From an uncultured Arcobacter sp. (lineage in GTDB: Bacteria > Campylobacterota > Campylobacteria > Campylobacterales > Arcobacteraceae): a DNA stretch of 64,000 nucleotides. Positions 42,909-51,462 of the stretch are shown here, in pieces (position 1 is the stretch's first letter; each line of letters opens with the position of its first letter). The stretch lies in NCBI GenBank assembly GCA_965140705.1, contig OZ223300.1, positions 864,001 to 928,000 of the forward strand, given 5' to 3'. The notes under the pieces are model-generated. The model had not been told where the DNA came from and searched no databases. It saw only the letters and a list, made by a program, of their open reading frames with translations. A program made the translations under genes and the position numbers.

Positions 42909-43703
42909 TTATAGAACAAAATTGCTGTTTTGTTTAAAATCATTGGGAGTATACCCATATATTTTTTTAAAACTTCTAATTAAATGTGATTGGTCAGAAA
43001 AACCTGTAGAATATGCAGCACTTGAAATATTCATCCCCTCTAAAATTAAGTTTTTACTTTTCTCAATTCTTTGAGTTAAAATATATTGGTGGGGTGTAAT
43101 ACCCATAGAGTTTTTAAAAACTCTTAAAAAATGATATTTACTTATATTTGAATTTATTGCTAAATCATTTAATGAAATATTACTATCTAATCTATCTTTA
43201 ATATAGTAAATTGAGTTATTAATAATTTCATTATTATTAAATGAAAAATCATATTTTTTAGTTCCCTGTACATAGTTCTTAATTAAATATGATAATGCAT
43301 TTATCATATTTGTTTCAATAATCATTTTATCTTCATTATTGTATATGCTAATAAAAAATTTTAAAAGTAAATTATAAAGGTTTATGTCATTTATTATGTG
43401 TTCAGCAAAAATAGGAATTTTTTTTTCAAAAAAGATTTGCTCATAAACTTCACTTACTAGTTCTATACTTGGATAAAAATTTGTATATTTCCAAGAATTT
43501 GAATCTCCGCTATGCACTTCACCAGGATTTATAATTTTTGAAGATTGTTTATATGAATAAATTATTTTCTTTTCGTATCTTGATTTAAATATACCATCAT
43601 GTGTTAATCCAATAGTATAAGTATTATGAAAATGTTTTGAAAACTCTCCATTAGAATGATGAATATTCTCAAAAATTGTTTTATTTAAAGTTTCTAGTTT
43701 CAT
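42909..43703 (-). CDS. AraC family transcriptional regulator
   Basis: Cupin HFH motif; HFLRVFKNSMGITP, GFSDQSHLIRSFKKIYGYTP. Confidence 0.93.
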   Translation of the reverse strand: MKLETLNKTIFENIHHSNGEFSKHFHNTYTIGLTHDGIFKSRYEKKIIYSYKQSSKIINPGEVHSGDSNSWKYTNFYPSIELVSEVYEQIFFEKKIPIFAEHIINDINLYNLLLKFFISIYNNEDKMIIETNMINALSYLIKNYVQGTKKYDFSFNNNEIINNSIYYIKDRLDSNISLNDLAINSNISKYHFLRVFKNSMGITPHQYILTQRIEKSKNLILEGMNISSAAYSTGFSDQSHLIRSFKKIYGYTPNDFKQNSNFVL

Positions 43704-43749
43704 GCATAATTATATCTAAAAAGAGAAAAGAAAGAATAGAAGAAAATTG

Positions 43750-44322
43750 CTATTTGAATAATTCTTCTAATGTTTCTTTTATTTTAGCTGGGTCTGAAAA
43801 ATGGTCAACTTTCGCTATAAATTTTCCGCTTTTATCAAATATATAGATAAATGAAGTATGTGAAACTGAATAACCCATTGCTGAGCCCTTTAAATATACT
43901 TTTTTATAATATGTTTTATATCTAGATGTAATATCATCAATATTTTCTTTTGTAGAAGTTGCACCTATAAAGTTTGGATGGAAGTATTGGGCATACTCTT
44001 TTAAGTTCTTAAGTGTATCTCTATCTGGATCTACACTTATAAATAAGCCTACAAAGTCTTTTGTTTTTTCTTTTGGAAAGCTATTTAATGCTTGTGCTAA
44101 TGAACTTAATGAAGTAGGGCAAACATCAGGACAAAAAGTATAACCAAAATAGACAGCTAGATATTTTCCTTTGAAGCTATCTTTTGTAACTACTCCATCA
44201 ATCGTATTTACTTTGAAATCATATTGTTTGTGTTCTTTATAATCTTGCACATAGGGTTTAGCTATAATAATTATTGCGATTGCGATTGCTATTGCAATCA
44301 AAATTTTGAAAATTTTATTCAT
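43750..44322 (-). CDS. SCO1/SenC copper chaperone
   Basis: YFGYTFCPDVCP, SVDPDRDT, VSHT. Confidence 0.95.
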   Translation of the reverse strand: MNKIFKILIAIAIAIAIIIIAKPYVQDYKEHKQYDFKVNTIDGVVTKDSFKGKYLAVYFGYTFCPDVCPTSLSSLAQALNSFPKEKTKDFVGLFISVDPDRDTLKNLKEYAQYFHPNFIGATSTKENIDDITSRYKTYYKKVYLKGSAMGYSVSHTSFIYIFDKSGKFIAKVDHFSDPAKIKETLEELFK

Positions 44323-44813
44323 TATCTACCTGTCTTAAATTGGAATCGAGCTCCAATAGTTTTATTTATTTTTTCAATTCTTATATCTGCATTCCATTCC
44401 ATATTTCCAACTGGACATGTGGGAAGAGTACCCTCTGCCTCATAGTTTCCATTTCCTAGATTTTTAATTGGTAAGTTAAAATCACCCATGAACATATTTG
44501 TTGCATATATATTTAAATGTAAATTTTTTAATTCTTTGTTACTACTTTTGATTTCAAATTTAATTGATTGCATTAGTGGAATTGATTTTGGGTTTATGCT
44601 TAATTCAAAAGTTGTACCATCTTGAATTTTTACACTACAAGAACTTTTGTGTAAATCACAGCTTGAATCTTGTGTTACAAACTTTGCTTCACCTTTAAGA
44701 GATTGATAAAGTGAAGAAAAGTCTATTAAAAAATATCCTGCAACAATTAAAAGTACAATTGCTATTTGTAGTATTGCACTTTTTAAATTGTTAGTTTTTT
44801 TTTCTTGTGGCAT
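44322..44813 (-). CDS. Membrane-anchored periplasmic protein of the SCO/PCuAC cluster
   Basis: TM helix, CDLHKSSC, MFMG, LPTC; sits between PCuAC and SCO. Confidence 0.7.
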   Translation of the reverse strand: MPQEKKTNNLKSAILQIAIVLLIVAGYFLIDFSSLYQSLKGEAKFVTQDSSCDLHKSSCSVKIQDGTTFELSINPKSIPLMQSIKFEIKSSNKELKNLHLNIYATNMFMGDFNLPIKNLGNGNYEAEGTLPTCPVGNMEWNADIRIEKINKTIGARFQFKTGR

Positions 44814-44816
44814 TAG

Positions 44817-45311
44817 TTAGTTACTTCCACATTTCCCTGTACCACAACTCATACCTTTTTTCATACTCTTTTTCATATCTTTTTTCATCATTCCATCCAT
44901 TACAGTTTTTACAGGAATAGTTATAGTTTTATTTTCTCCATTTGAAAAATCAAGAGTAATAGTTACATTTTCTTTCTCTTTTAATGGCTTATGAAGTCCT
45001 ATTAACATAACATGAAATCCACCTGGTTTAAGTGCTGTTTCTCCATTTGCAGGAATATCAATTTTAGGAACTTGGTACATCTTCATTACACCATCTGTCA
45101 TACTATGTGTATGAAGTTCAACCACTTTTGAAACATCAGATGTAGCTTTTACAAGAGCTATATTTTTATCTGTTTTATTTTCAATAGTCATAAATGCAGC
45201 CGAATTTGGAAGTCCAGGAGGTGTTGCTCTAACATATGCATCTTTAACTTCAATATCTGAAGCAAATAGTGTTGATACACTAAGTAGTGCTAAAAGAAGA
45301 AATTTTTTCAT
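44817..45311 (-). CDS. Periplasmic copper chaperone PCu(A)C with Met-rich/CGTGKCG tail
   Basis: Signal peptide; ELHTH..MKM..LKPGGFHVML; start reset to ATG 45311. Confidence 0.92.
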   Translation of the reverse strand: MKKFLLLALLSVSTLFASDIEVKDAYVRATPPGLPNSAAFMTIENKTDKNIALVKATSDVSKVVELHTHSMTDGVMKMYQVPKIDIPANGETALKPGGFHVMLIGLHKPLKEKENVTITLDFSNGENKTITIPVKTVMDGMMKKDMKKSMKKGMSCGTGKCGSN

Positions 45312-45353
45312 TTTATACCTTTTTTTGATTTCCAAAATTTTATAATTTAAGTG

Positions 45354-46643
45354 TTAATTATTTGTTAAATCCTTTTTCAAAGTAATTAGTAATACTCCAA
45401 TTACAGCTGCAATAAACGAAGCTATGAATATTCCTAATTTAACAGCGGAGATTATACTTTCATCTAAAAAGGCAAGGTGAGTTATGAAAATAGACATTGT
45501 AAATCCAATTCCTCCTAAAAATCCAACTGCAAGGATTTCATACCATGAGATATTGTCTGTTTTTTTTACTAGCTTTAGTTTAGTTGCTAAATATGTAAAT
45601 CCAAATATTCCTATTGGCTTACCAATAATTAAACCAAATACAACACCTAATACAATCATTAAGTTTGCATTTATTCCAGAAAAATCTATTAGTACTCCCG
45701 CATTTGAAAATGCAAATAAAGGCATAATAAAATATGCTGAAAGTCCATGTAAACTATGTTCTAATCGCATAAGAGGATTTTGTACTTTATCATAGTTATC
45801 AGCAATATTTTCCAAAGCATCAATTTGATGATGGTTTAAAATAGGTATAGGGTCAATATGATTTTCAAATTCGACTATATCTTTTTTTGTATCTTCAATA
45901 AATGCATTTTCACCAATCTTTGATCTTATAGGAATAGCAAAGGCTAATAAAACACCTGCAACAGTTGCATGAATTCCAATTGCATGAATATAAATCCATA
46001 GAGCAATACCAAGGATTAAATAAGGTAATAATTTAGTTACACCTTTTACATTTAAAGCCCAAATTAAAGCATAAATTACACCTGCATGTAAAAAATACTC
46101 AGTATGAATTTCACTTGTATAAACAGTAGCTACAACTAAAACGGCACCTAGGTCATCAACAACTGCAAGAGCTACTAAAAATAGTTTTAATGCTGGATTT
46201 ACTTTTTTACCTAAAAGCATCAAAATACCTAAGGCAAATGCAATATCTGTAGCCATAGGAATACCAAATCCTAATGGATTATTTGTGTTTAATGCTACAT
46301 AAATAAGTGCAGGAATAATCATTCCACCAAGTGCTGCAATGATTGGAAATAAAGCCTTACTTACAGATGAAAGTTCCCCTACTAACATCTCTCTTTTTAT
46401 CTCTAATCCAACCATTAAAAAGAATAGTGCCATAAGTGCATCATCTATCCAATAAGTTAAAGTCATAGAAATACTATGTTCACCTAAGTTTATTCCCAAT
46501 GGCATATGCCATAAGTCATAATATGCTTGTCCTAAACTAGAATTAGCAACTATTACAGCTGCTACTGTTGCTAAAAAAAGAAGTATTCCACTAAGGGCTT
46601 CTTTATTTATAAATTTGTCTAAAGTGACAAGTTTTTTAATCAT
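45354..46643 (-). CDS. nhaA: Na+/H+ antiporter NhaA
   Basis: GLEIKRE, PMATDIAF, AVVDDLGA, GKPIGI, GIGFTMS. Confidence 0.95.
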   Translation of the reverse strand: MIKKLVTLDKFINKEALSGILLFLATVAAVIVANSSLGQAYYDLWHMPLGINLGEHSISMTLTYWIDDALMALFFLMVGLEIKREMLVGELSSVSKALFPIIAALGGMIIPALIYVALNTNNPLGFGIPMATDIAFALGILMLLGKKVNPALKLFLVALAVVDDLGAVLVVATVYTSEIHTEYFLHAGVIYALIWALNVKGVTKLLPYLILGIALWIYIHAIGIHATVAGVLLAFAIPIRSKIGENAFIEDTKKDIVEFENHIDPIPILNHHQIDALENIADNYDKVQNPLMRLEHSLHGLSAYFIMPLFAFSNAGVLIDFSGINANLMIVLGVVFGLIIGKPIGIFGFTYLATKLKLVKKTDNISWYEILAVGFLGGIGFTMSIFITHLAFLDESIISAVKLGIFIASFIAAVIGVLLITLKKDLTNN

Positions 46644-46655
46644 TAATATTCCTTT

Positions 46656-47021
46656 TTATAAACAATTTGGACATATTCCTTTTATAATTATATTCTCGAT
46701 TTTGTGATTTATTAATTTAAAGTTAAAGTCCTCATGAAGGCATTCTATTTTAGAACAATTAGTACATATAAAGTGTGCATGCTTACTTTTTTTCATTTCA
46801 AAATATCTTTTTTTATCATTTGACTCAAAGGAGTCAATAATATTTTCTTCTTCAAATTTAGTGATATTTCTGTAAAAAGTAGCTTTATCCATATTGATTG
46901 AAAATTTTATTTCTTCATAACACAAAGGTTTAGAAGAGTTAGAAAGTACTTCTAATATCGCTTTTCTCGAGGTTGTAAGTTTAATATTTTTATCTTGAAA
47001 TAATTCGTTTATATTGTCCAT
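46656..47021 (-). CDS. Fur family regulator, probably Zur
   Basis: LT..RKAIL, ATFYRN, HAHFICTNC, C-terminal CPNC; divergent from a ZnuA-like gene. Confidence 0.85.
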   Translation of the reverse strand: MDNINELFQDKNIKLTTSRKAILEVLSNSSKPLCYEEIKFSINMDKATFYRNITKFEEENIIDSFESNDKKRYFEMKKSKHAHFICTNCSKIECLHEDFNFKLINHKIENIIIKGICPNCL

Positions 47022-47044
47022 ATATAATTATAACATATGAAACT

Positions 47045-47059
47045 TGCAACTAAGTTGCG
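47045..47059. promoter_or_regulatory. Palindrome TGCAAC-TAA-GTTGCG, candidate Zur/Fur box 1
   Basis: GCAAC-N3-GTTGC between the divergent regulator and SBP genes. Confidence 0.7.
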
Positions 47060-47090
47060 TCAAAGCAAAATATAACTAAAATTCTGAAAA

Positions 47091-47105
47091 TGCAACTTTG
47101 TTGCA
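47091..47105. promoter_or_regulatory. Palindrome TGCAAC-TTT-GTTGCA, candidate Zur/Fur box 2
   Basis: Second copy of the same motif just upstream of the SBP ribosome-binding site. Confidence 0.75.
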
Positions 47106-47124
47106 GTAAAATAAGGACTATTAA

Positions 47125-47988
47125 ATGAAAAAAATCTTTTATATATTTTTAATAATATGCTCATCGCTTTACGCACAAAAAACTGTTACTGTAAGTATCT
47201 TACCACAAAAATATTTTGTAGAAAAAATAGCAAAAGATAAAGTAAAAATAAATGTTATGGTTCAACCTGGTTTTTCACCTGCTACATATGAACCAAAAAC
47301 TTCTCAAATGAAAGCGCTAATGAATTCTGATATATATTTTTCTATTGGTGTTCCTTTTGAAGAGTCTTGGTTAGGTAAATTTAGAAATATAAATAAAAAC
47401 ATGTTACTTGTAGATACTTCAAAAGGTATTAAAAAAAATAAAATGCTTGGACATCATCACCATGATGAAGCTGGACATGAAGAACATCATCATGAAGAGG
47501 AATCTTTAGATCCACATATTTGGTTAGATCCAATATTAGTAAAAATACAAGCAAAGAATATTTTAGATGCCCTAATAAAAGTTGATGGGGCTAATAGAAA
47601 ATTTTATTATGATAATTATAAAAGCTTTTTAGTAGAACTTGATAAGTTAAATACTAAATTGGCTAATACCTTAAAAGGGATAAAAGGTAAAAAGTTTATG
47701 GTTTTTCATCCTTCTTGGGGGTATTTTGCAAAAAGATATGATTTAGAGCAAGAGGCAGTTGAAAAAGAGGGTAAAGATCCTAAACCAAAAGAGATGATTG
47801 CTTTAATTGATGAGGCAAAAGAGGAGGGGATAAAAGTGGTATTTGTGGCTCCTCAATTTTCAAAGACGGCAGCAACTACAATCGCTGAAAATATTGGTGG
47901 AAGTGTTATTGAAATAGATCCTTTATCATATAAATGGGAAGATAGTTTAATTGATATTTCAAAGAAATTGGTTAATGCATATAAATGA
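47125..47988 (+). CDS. ZnuA-like metal solute-binding protein
   Basis: SPATYEP, His-rich loop, DPHIWLDP, FHPSWGYF, IDPL. Confidence 0.9.
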   Translation: MKKIFYIFLIICSSLYAQKTVTVSILPQKYFVEKIAKDKVKINVMVQPGFSPATYEPKTSQMKALMNSDIYFSIGVPFEESWLGKFRNINKNMLLVDTSKGIKKNKMLGHHHHDEAGHEEHHHEEESLDPHIWLDPILVKIQAKNILDALIKVDGANRKFYYDNYKSFLVELDKLNTKLANTLKGIKGKKFMVFHPSWGYFAKRYDLEQEAVEKEGKDPKPKEMIALIDEAKEEGIKVVFVAPQFSKTAATTIAENIGGSVIEIDPLSYKWEDSLIDISKKLVNAYK

Positions 47989-49409
47989 TGAAGCTAATAC
48001 TCACTCTTCTTTTTTTAACTCAAGCAGTTTTTGGATGTGCCTTATGTGCAGTATATTCACCAAAAACTAGAGTTGTTCTTGATGTAAAGACAAATGATAC
48101 TTTAATAAAAGAAATTGATGTAAAGTGGATTGTTACAAAAGCTTTTACAAAGACTTTAAATAATGTTTATGACACTAATTTAAATAATAAATTAGATAAA
48201 GATGAATTAGAAAATGTAAAAATAGCTTTTCGTAACTATGTTGAACCAAGAGATTTTTTAGTAAATATTTCTTATGGAAAAAAGATAAATAAACTAAGAT
48301 CAAATAGAATAAAAGTAAATGATTTAAGAGTTGATGTTGAAAATGGGCTTTTACATATAAGGTATAAAATATTATTAGATTACAAATTAGTAAAAGATGA
48401 TATTTTATATTTCAATACAAACGATAAAGAGGGTTATTTTATAGTTACAATTGCAGAAAATGCTGTAAAATATGATCCTACTGTATTTAAAAAAGAGACA
48501 ATTGATACAAATAGTGTAAGTTTTAAAATTATCAAAGATATAAAAGTTCCAAAGAAAGAAGAAATTACTCCCACAAAAAAAGTTGAAGTAAAAGAGAAAG
48601 TAAAAGAAACACCTAAAAATGTAGATGAGAACTATTTAACAATATTTTCAAAAAAAATAAAACAAAATCTCTTACAAATAGATAAGGGTAATACTTTTGC
48701 ATTAATAACACTTCTATTTATATCTTTTATTTATGGAATTATTCATGCTATGGGACCAGGTCATGGAAAATCATTGGCATTCTCATATTTTATGAGTAAT
48801 AAAAGTTCTTACACAAGGGCTTTCATTATCTCACAATTAGCAGCATTTATTCATATAATAGGGGCCTTAATTCTTGTATTAATATCAGTATTTTTAATAT
48901 CTACTTTTTTAAATAGTTTTGTTGATGATTCAATAAAAATGATTACTAAATTAACTGCTGTATTTATTATGTTATTAGCTGTATTTATTTTGTATAAAAA
49001 AATAAAAAATAAAAACTCTTCTTGTCCTACTTGTTGTGCACACCATGGGCATGAGCACACTCATGAACATAATCACGACCACGACCATGAACATGGTCAT
49101 GAAGATGAGAAAAAAATGAAAAAACAAGATTTATTTTTTGTTTTAACAGCGGGAATTATCCCTTGTCCTGGTACTGTTGTCTTGTTTTTATATGCTTTTG
49201 TGTTAAAAACTTATTTTGCTGTTATATTAGCTTCTTTTGCTATTAGTCTAGGTATGGGATTAGTTATCTTTGCTTCTTCATTTTTAAGTTTAAATTTGAA
49301 CAAAGTATCAAGTAAAGTTGAAAAGGTAAAAAATATAATAGAAATAGCTTCTCCTATATTTATTTTTGTCTTAGGTTTATTGCTATTTTTTAATGTAAAT
49401 GTAATATAA
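47985..49409 (+). CDS. DUF1007-like periplasmic domain fused to NicO/RcnA-type metal permease
   Basis: Signal peptide then CALC; EF-hand-like YDTNLNNKLDKDEL; HAMGPGHGK, His-rich loop, PCPG. Confidence 0.75.
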   Translation: MMKLILTLLFLTQAVFGCALCAVYSPKTRVVLDVKTNDTLIKEIDVKWIVTKAFTKTLNNVYDTNLNNKLDKDELENVKIAFRNYVEPRDFLVNISYGKKINKLRSNRIKVNDLRVDVENGLLHIRYKILLDYKLVKDDILYFNTNDKEGYFIVTIAENAVKYDPTVFKKETIDTNSVSFKIIKDIKVPKKEEITPTKKVEVKEKVKETPKNVDENYLTIFSKKIKQNLLQIDKGNTFALITLLFISFIYGIIHAMGPGHGKSLAFSYFMSNKSSYTRAFIISQLAAFIHIIGALILVLISVFLISTFLNSFVDDSIKMITKLTAVFIMLLAVFILYKKIKNKNSSCPTCCAHHGHEHTHEHNHDHDHEHGHEDEKKMKKQDLFFVLTAGIIPCPGTVVLFLYAFVLKTYFAVILASFAISLGMGLVIFASSFLSLNLNKVSSKVEKVKNIIEIASPIFIFVLGLLLFFNVNVI

Positions 49410-49429
49410 ATCCTTAGGTAAGGGAGAGT

Positions 49430-51355
49430 TTAAATACTCTCCACTGTATCATCCATTTCATTTGTTTTAGTAGTATTTTCTGAATGTTCTTTTATCTTTT
49501 TCATTTTCTTTCTTTTTCTACCTTTTACATCATCTTTTCCAATAAATTCTTTTTCATTTGCATTGCTTACAACTAATTTAGATATCTCATCTGTAATCAT
49601 TGCTATTTCATTTGTTTCAGAGGCGATAGAGGCATTTTCTTGGGTTTGGCTATCTAACATTGTAACTGCATCATTAATTTGTTCAATACCACTTAATTGT
49701 TCTTTACTTGCAAACTCAATATCAGATATTAAACTCATTGTTTGAGTGATATCTTCATTTAGATTTTTATAACCATTTATCATATTATCAGCTATCTCTT
49801 TTCCTTCATTTGCTTTTGATGTAGCTATTTGAACTATGTTTTTTATCTCTTTTGCTGCTTCTGCACTTCTTGTTGCAAGATTTCGCACTTCTTGTGCAAC
49901 TACTGCAAAACCTTTACCTGCCTCTCCAGCAGTTGCAGCTTCTACTGCTGCATTTAGAGATAGAATATTTGTTTGAAATGCAATTTGGTCAATAACACTA
50001 ATTGCTTCATTTATTGAAGATACTTGTTTATTTATTTCATCCATTGCTATTGTTGTTTTATTTGCTAGATGTTCTCCCTCATTAGCAGAATTTGTTACAT
50101 TGATAGATAGTTGTGACATTTTTGCAATATTGTCTGTATTGTTTCTAATATTTCCTGTGATTTGGTCAATTGCAGCTGCTGTTTCTTCTATTGATGCTGC
50201 TGCTTCATTGGAACTTGCATTCAGTTTATTTACATTTATAAGTAACATATCAGAACTCTCATCTAGTGTTAATCCATTTCTTTTATTCTCGATTAACATT
50301 TCAGTTATAGATATACCTAAATTATTTACACCACTTGCCAATTTTAATAAGTGTTCTTGTAAATTGTTTGTATTAACTTTTTCTAAATAATTGTGTTGAG
50401 TATATTTTTCTAATATATTTAAAATGTTATCAATATTTTTTTCAAGATTATTTCCCATTTTATTTAATACATTTTTTAACATATTAAGTGAAGGATTATT
50501 TGAATTATTATAAATTCTCTGTGATAAATCTCCCTGTTCAAAGTTGTCTAATACATTTATTACTTCATTTATTAATAAATTATCTTCTTCAATGCCCTTT
50601 TTTGTATTAATAATACTATCATTTACTACTTTTGCCATTTCTCCAAATTCATCTTTATTTTTATCATCTAGAAGTTCTATTTCTTCTGTTTCTTTATTTA
50701 AGTATGCAAAAAATGAAATTAAACCACTTTTAAAGTTTTTTAAAGACTTAATAATTGTTCTTGATATTAAAAAAGAAATTAAACTAAATACAAGTATAGA
50801 AACACTAGCTAATACAATTAATACAACATCTTGAAGGTATAAAGATTTTTCTTTAAATGACATAGCTTGGTCATGAATTTCATTTAATCCACCTTCTATT
50901 GATTGAACGGTACTAATCATCACTCCTGACATAGATTGTAATTCATTTGAATCATTAGTTATGCCATTATCAAGATTGTTAATTTTTGTTGATGAATACT
51001 TCTCAAATATATTTTCATATTTTTTAATATCTTTAAGTAATTCGTCAATTTGACTAGAGTCTTTTTGTAAAAAGTCTATTTTGATATTTTTTAATTTATT
51101 TACATCTTTGTATAAACTTTTGAAGGAGTCTATAACCATATCAGCAGTATCTTCATCAAGGTCACTTGAAAATTGTTTTGAAGTGATTCTTGCATGTAAA
51201 ACTCGTATTATAATTTTATCAATTTCCATTGCAGTATTTATGCTTAATTTAGCTTTAGCAGAAAAATAACTATTGGTTAATCCAGAAATTATAATAATAA
51301 TTAGAAAGAGTAAAGGGAAGAAAAGAAGCTTTCTATTTGTAGAAATTGTTGGCAT
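49430..51355 (-). CDS. Methyl-accepting chemotaxis protein
   Basis: Same architecture and tip motif as 37490..39346, with a shared KLL.FP N-terminus; start reset to ATG 51355. Confidence 0.95.
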   Translation of the reverse strand: MPTISTNRKLLFFPLLFLIIIIISGLTNSYFSAKAKLSINTAMEIDKIIIRVLHARITSKQFSSDLDEDTADMVIDSFKSLYKDVNKLKNIKIDFLQKDSSQIDELLKDIKKYENIFEKYSSTKINNLDNGITNDSNELQSMSGVMISTVQSIEGGLNEIHDQAMSFKEKSLYLQDVVLIVLASVSILVFSLISFLISRTIIKSLKNFKSGLISFFAYLNKETEEIELLDDKNKDEFGEMAKVVNDSIINTKKGIEEDNLLINEVINVLDNFEQGDLSQRIYNNSNNPSLNMLKNVLNKMGNNLEKNIDNILNILEKYTQHNYLEKVNTNNLQEHLLKLASGVNNLGISITEMLIENKRNGLTLDESSDMLLINVNKLNASSNEAAASIEETAAAIDQITGNIRNNTDNIAKMSQLSINVTNSANEGEHLANKTTIAMDEINKQVSSINEAISVIDQIAFQTNILSLNAAVEAATAGEAGKGFAVVAQEVRNLATRSAEAAKEIKNIVQIATSKANEGKEIADNMINGYKNLNEDITQTMSLISDIEFASKEQLSGIEQINDAVTMLDSQTQENASIASETNEIAMITDEISKLVVSNANEKEFIGKDDVKGRKRKKMKKIKEHSENTTKTNEMDDTVESI

Positions 51356-51462
51356 TATATGTATCCTCATATATAAAATAATTTATAAGGTAACATATAA
51401 TATTTACAGAATGGTTACACTTTAAAAAAAAGTTAGAAAAATAATATTAGTGAAAGGGGAGT

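Noticed and set aside
44272..44300. ATTGCG-like hexamer repeat encoding IAIAIAIA in the SCO anchor
   Set aside because: Short, imperfect and in frame; no functional consequence evident
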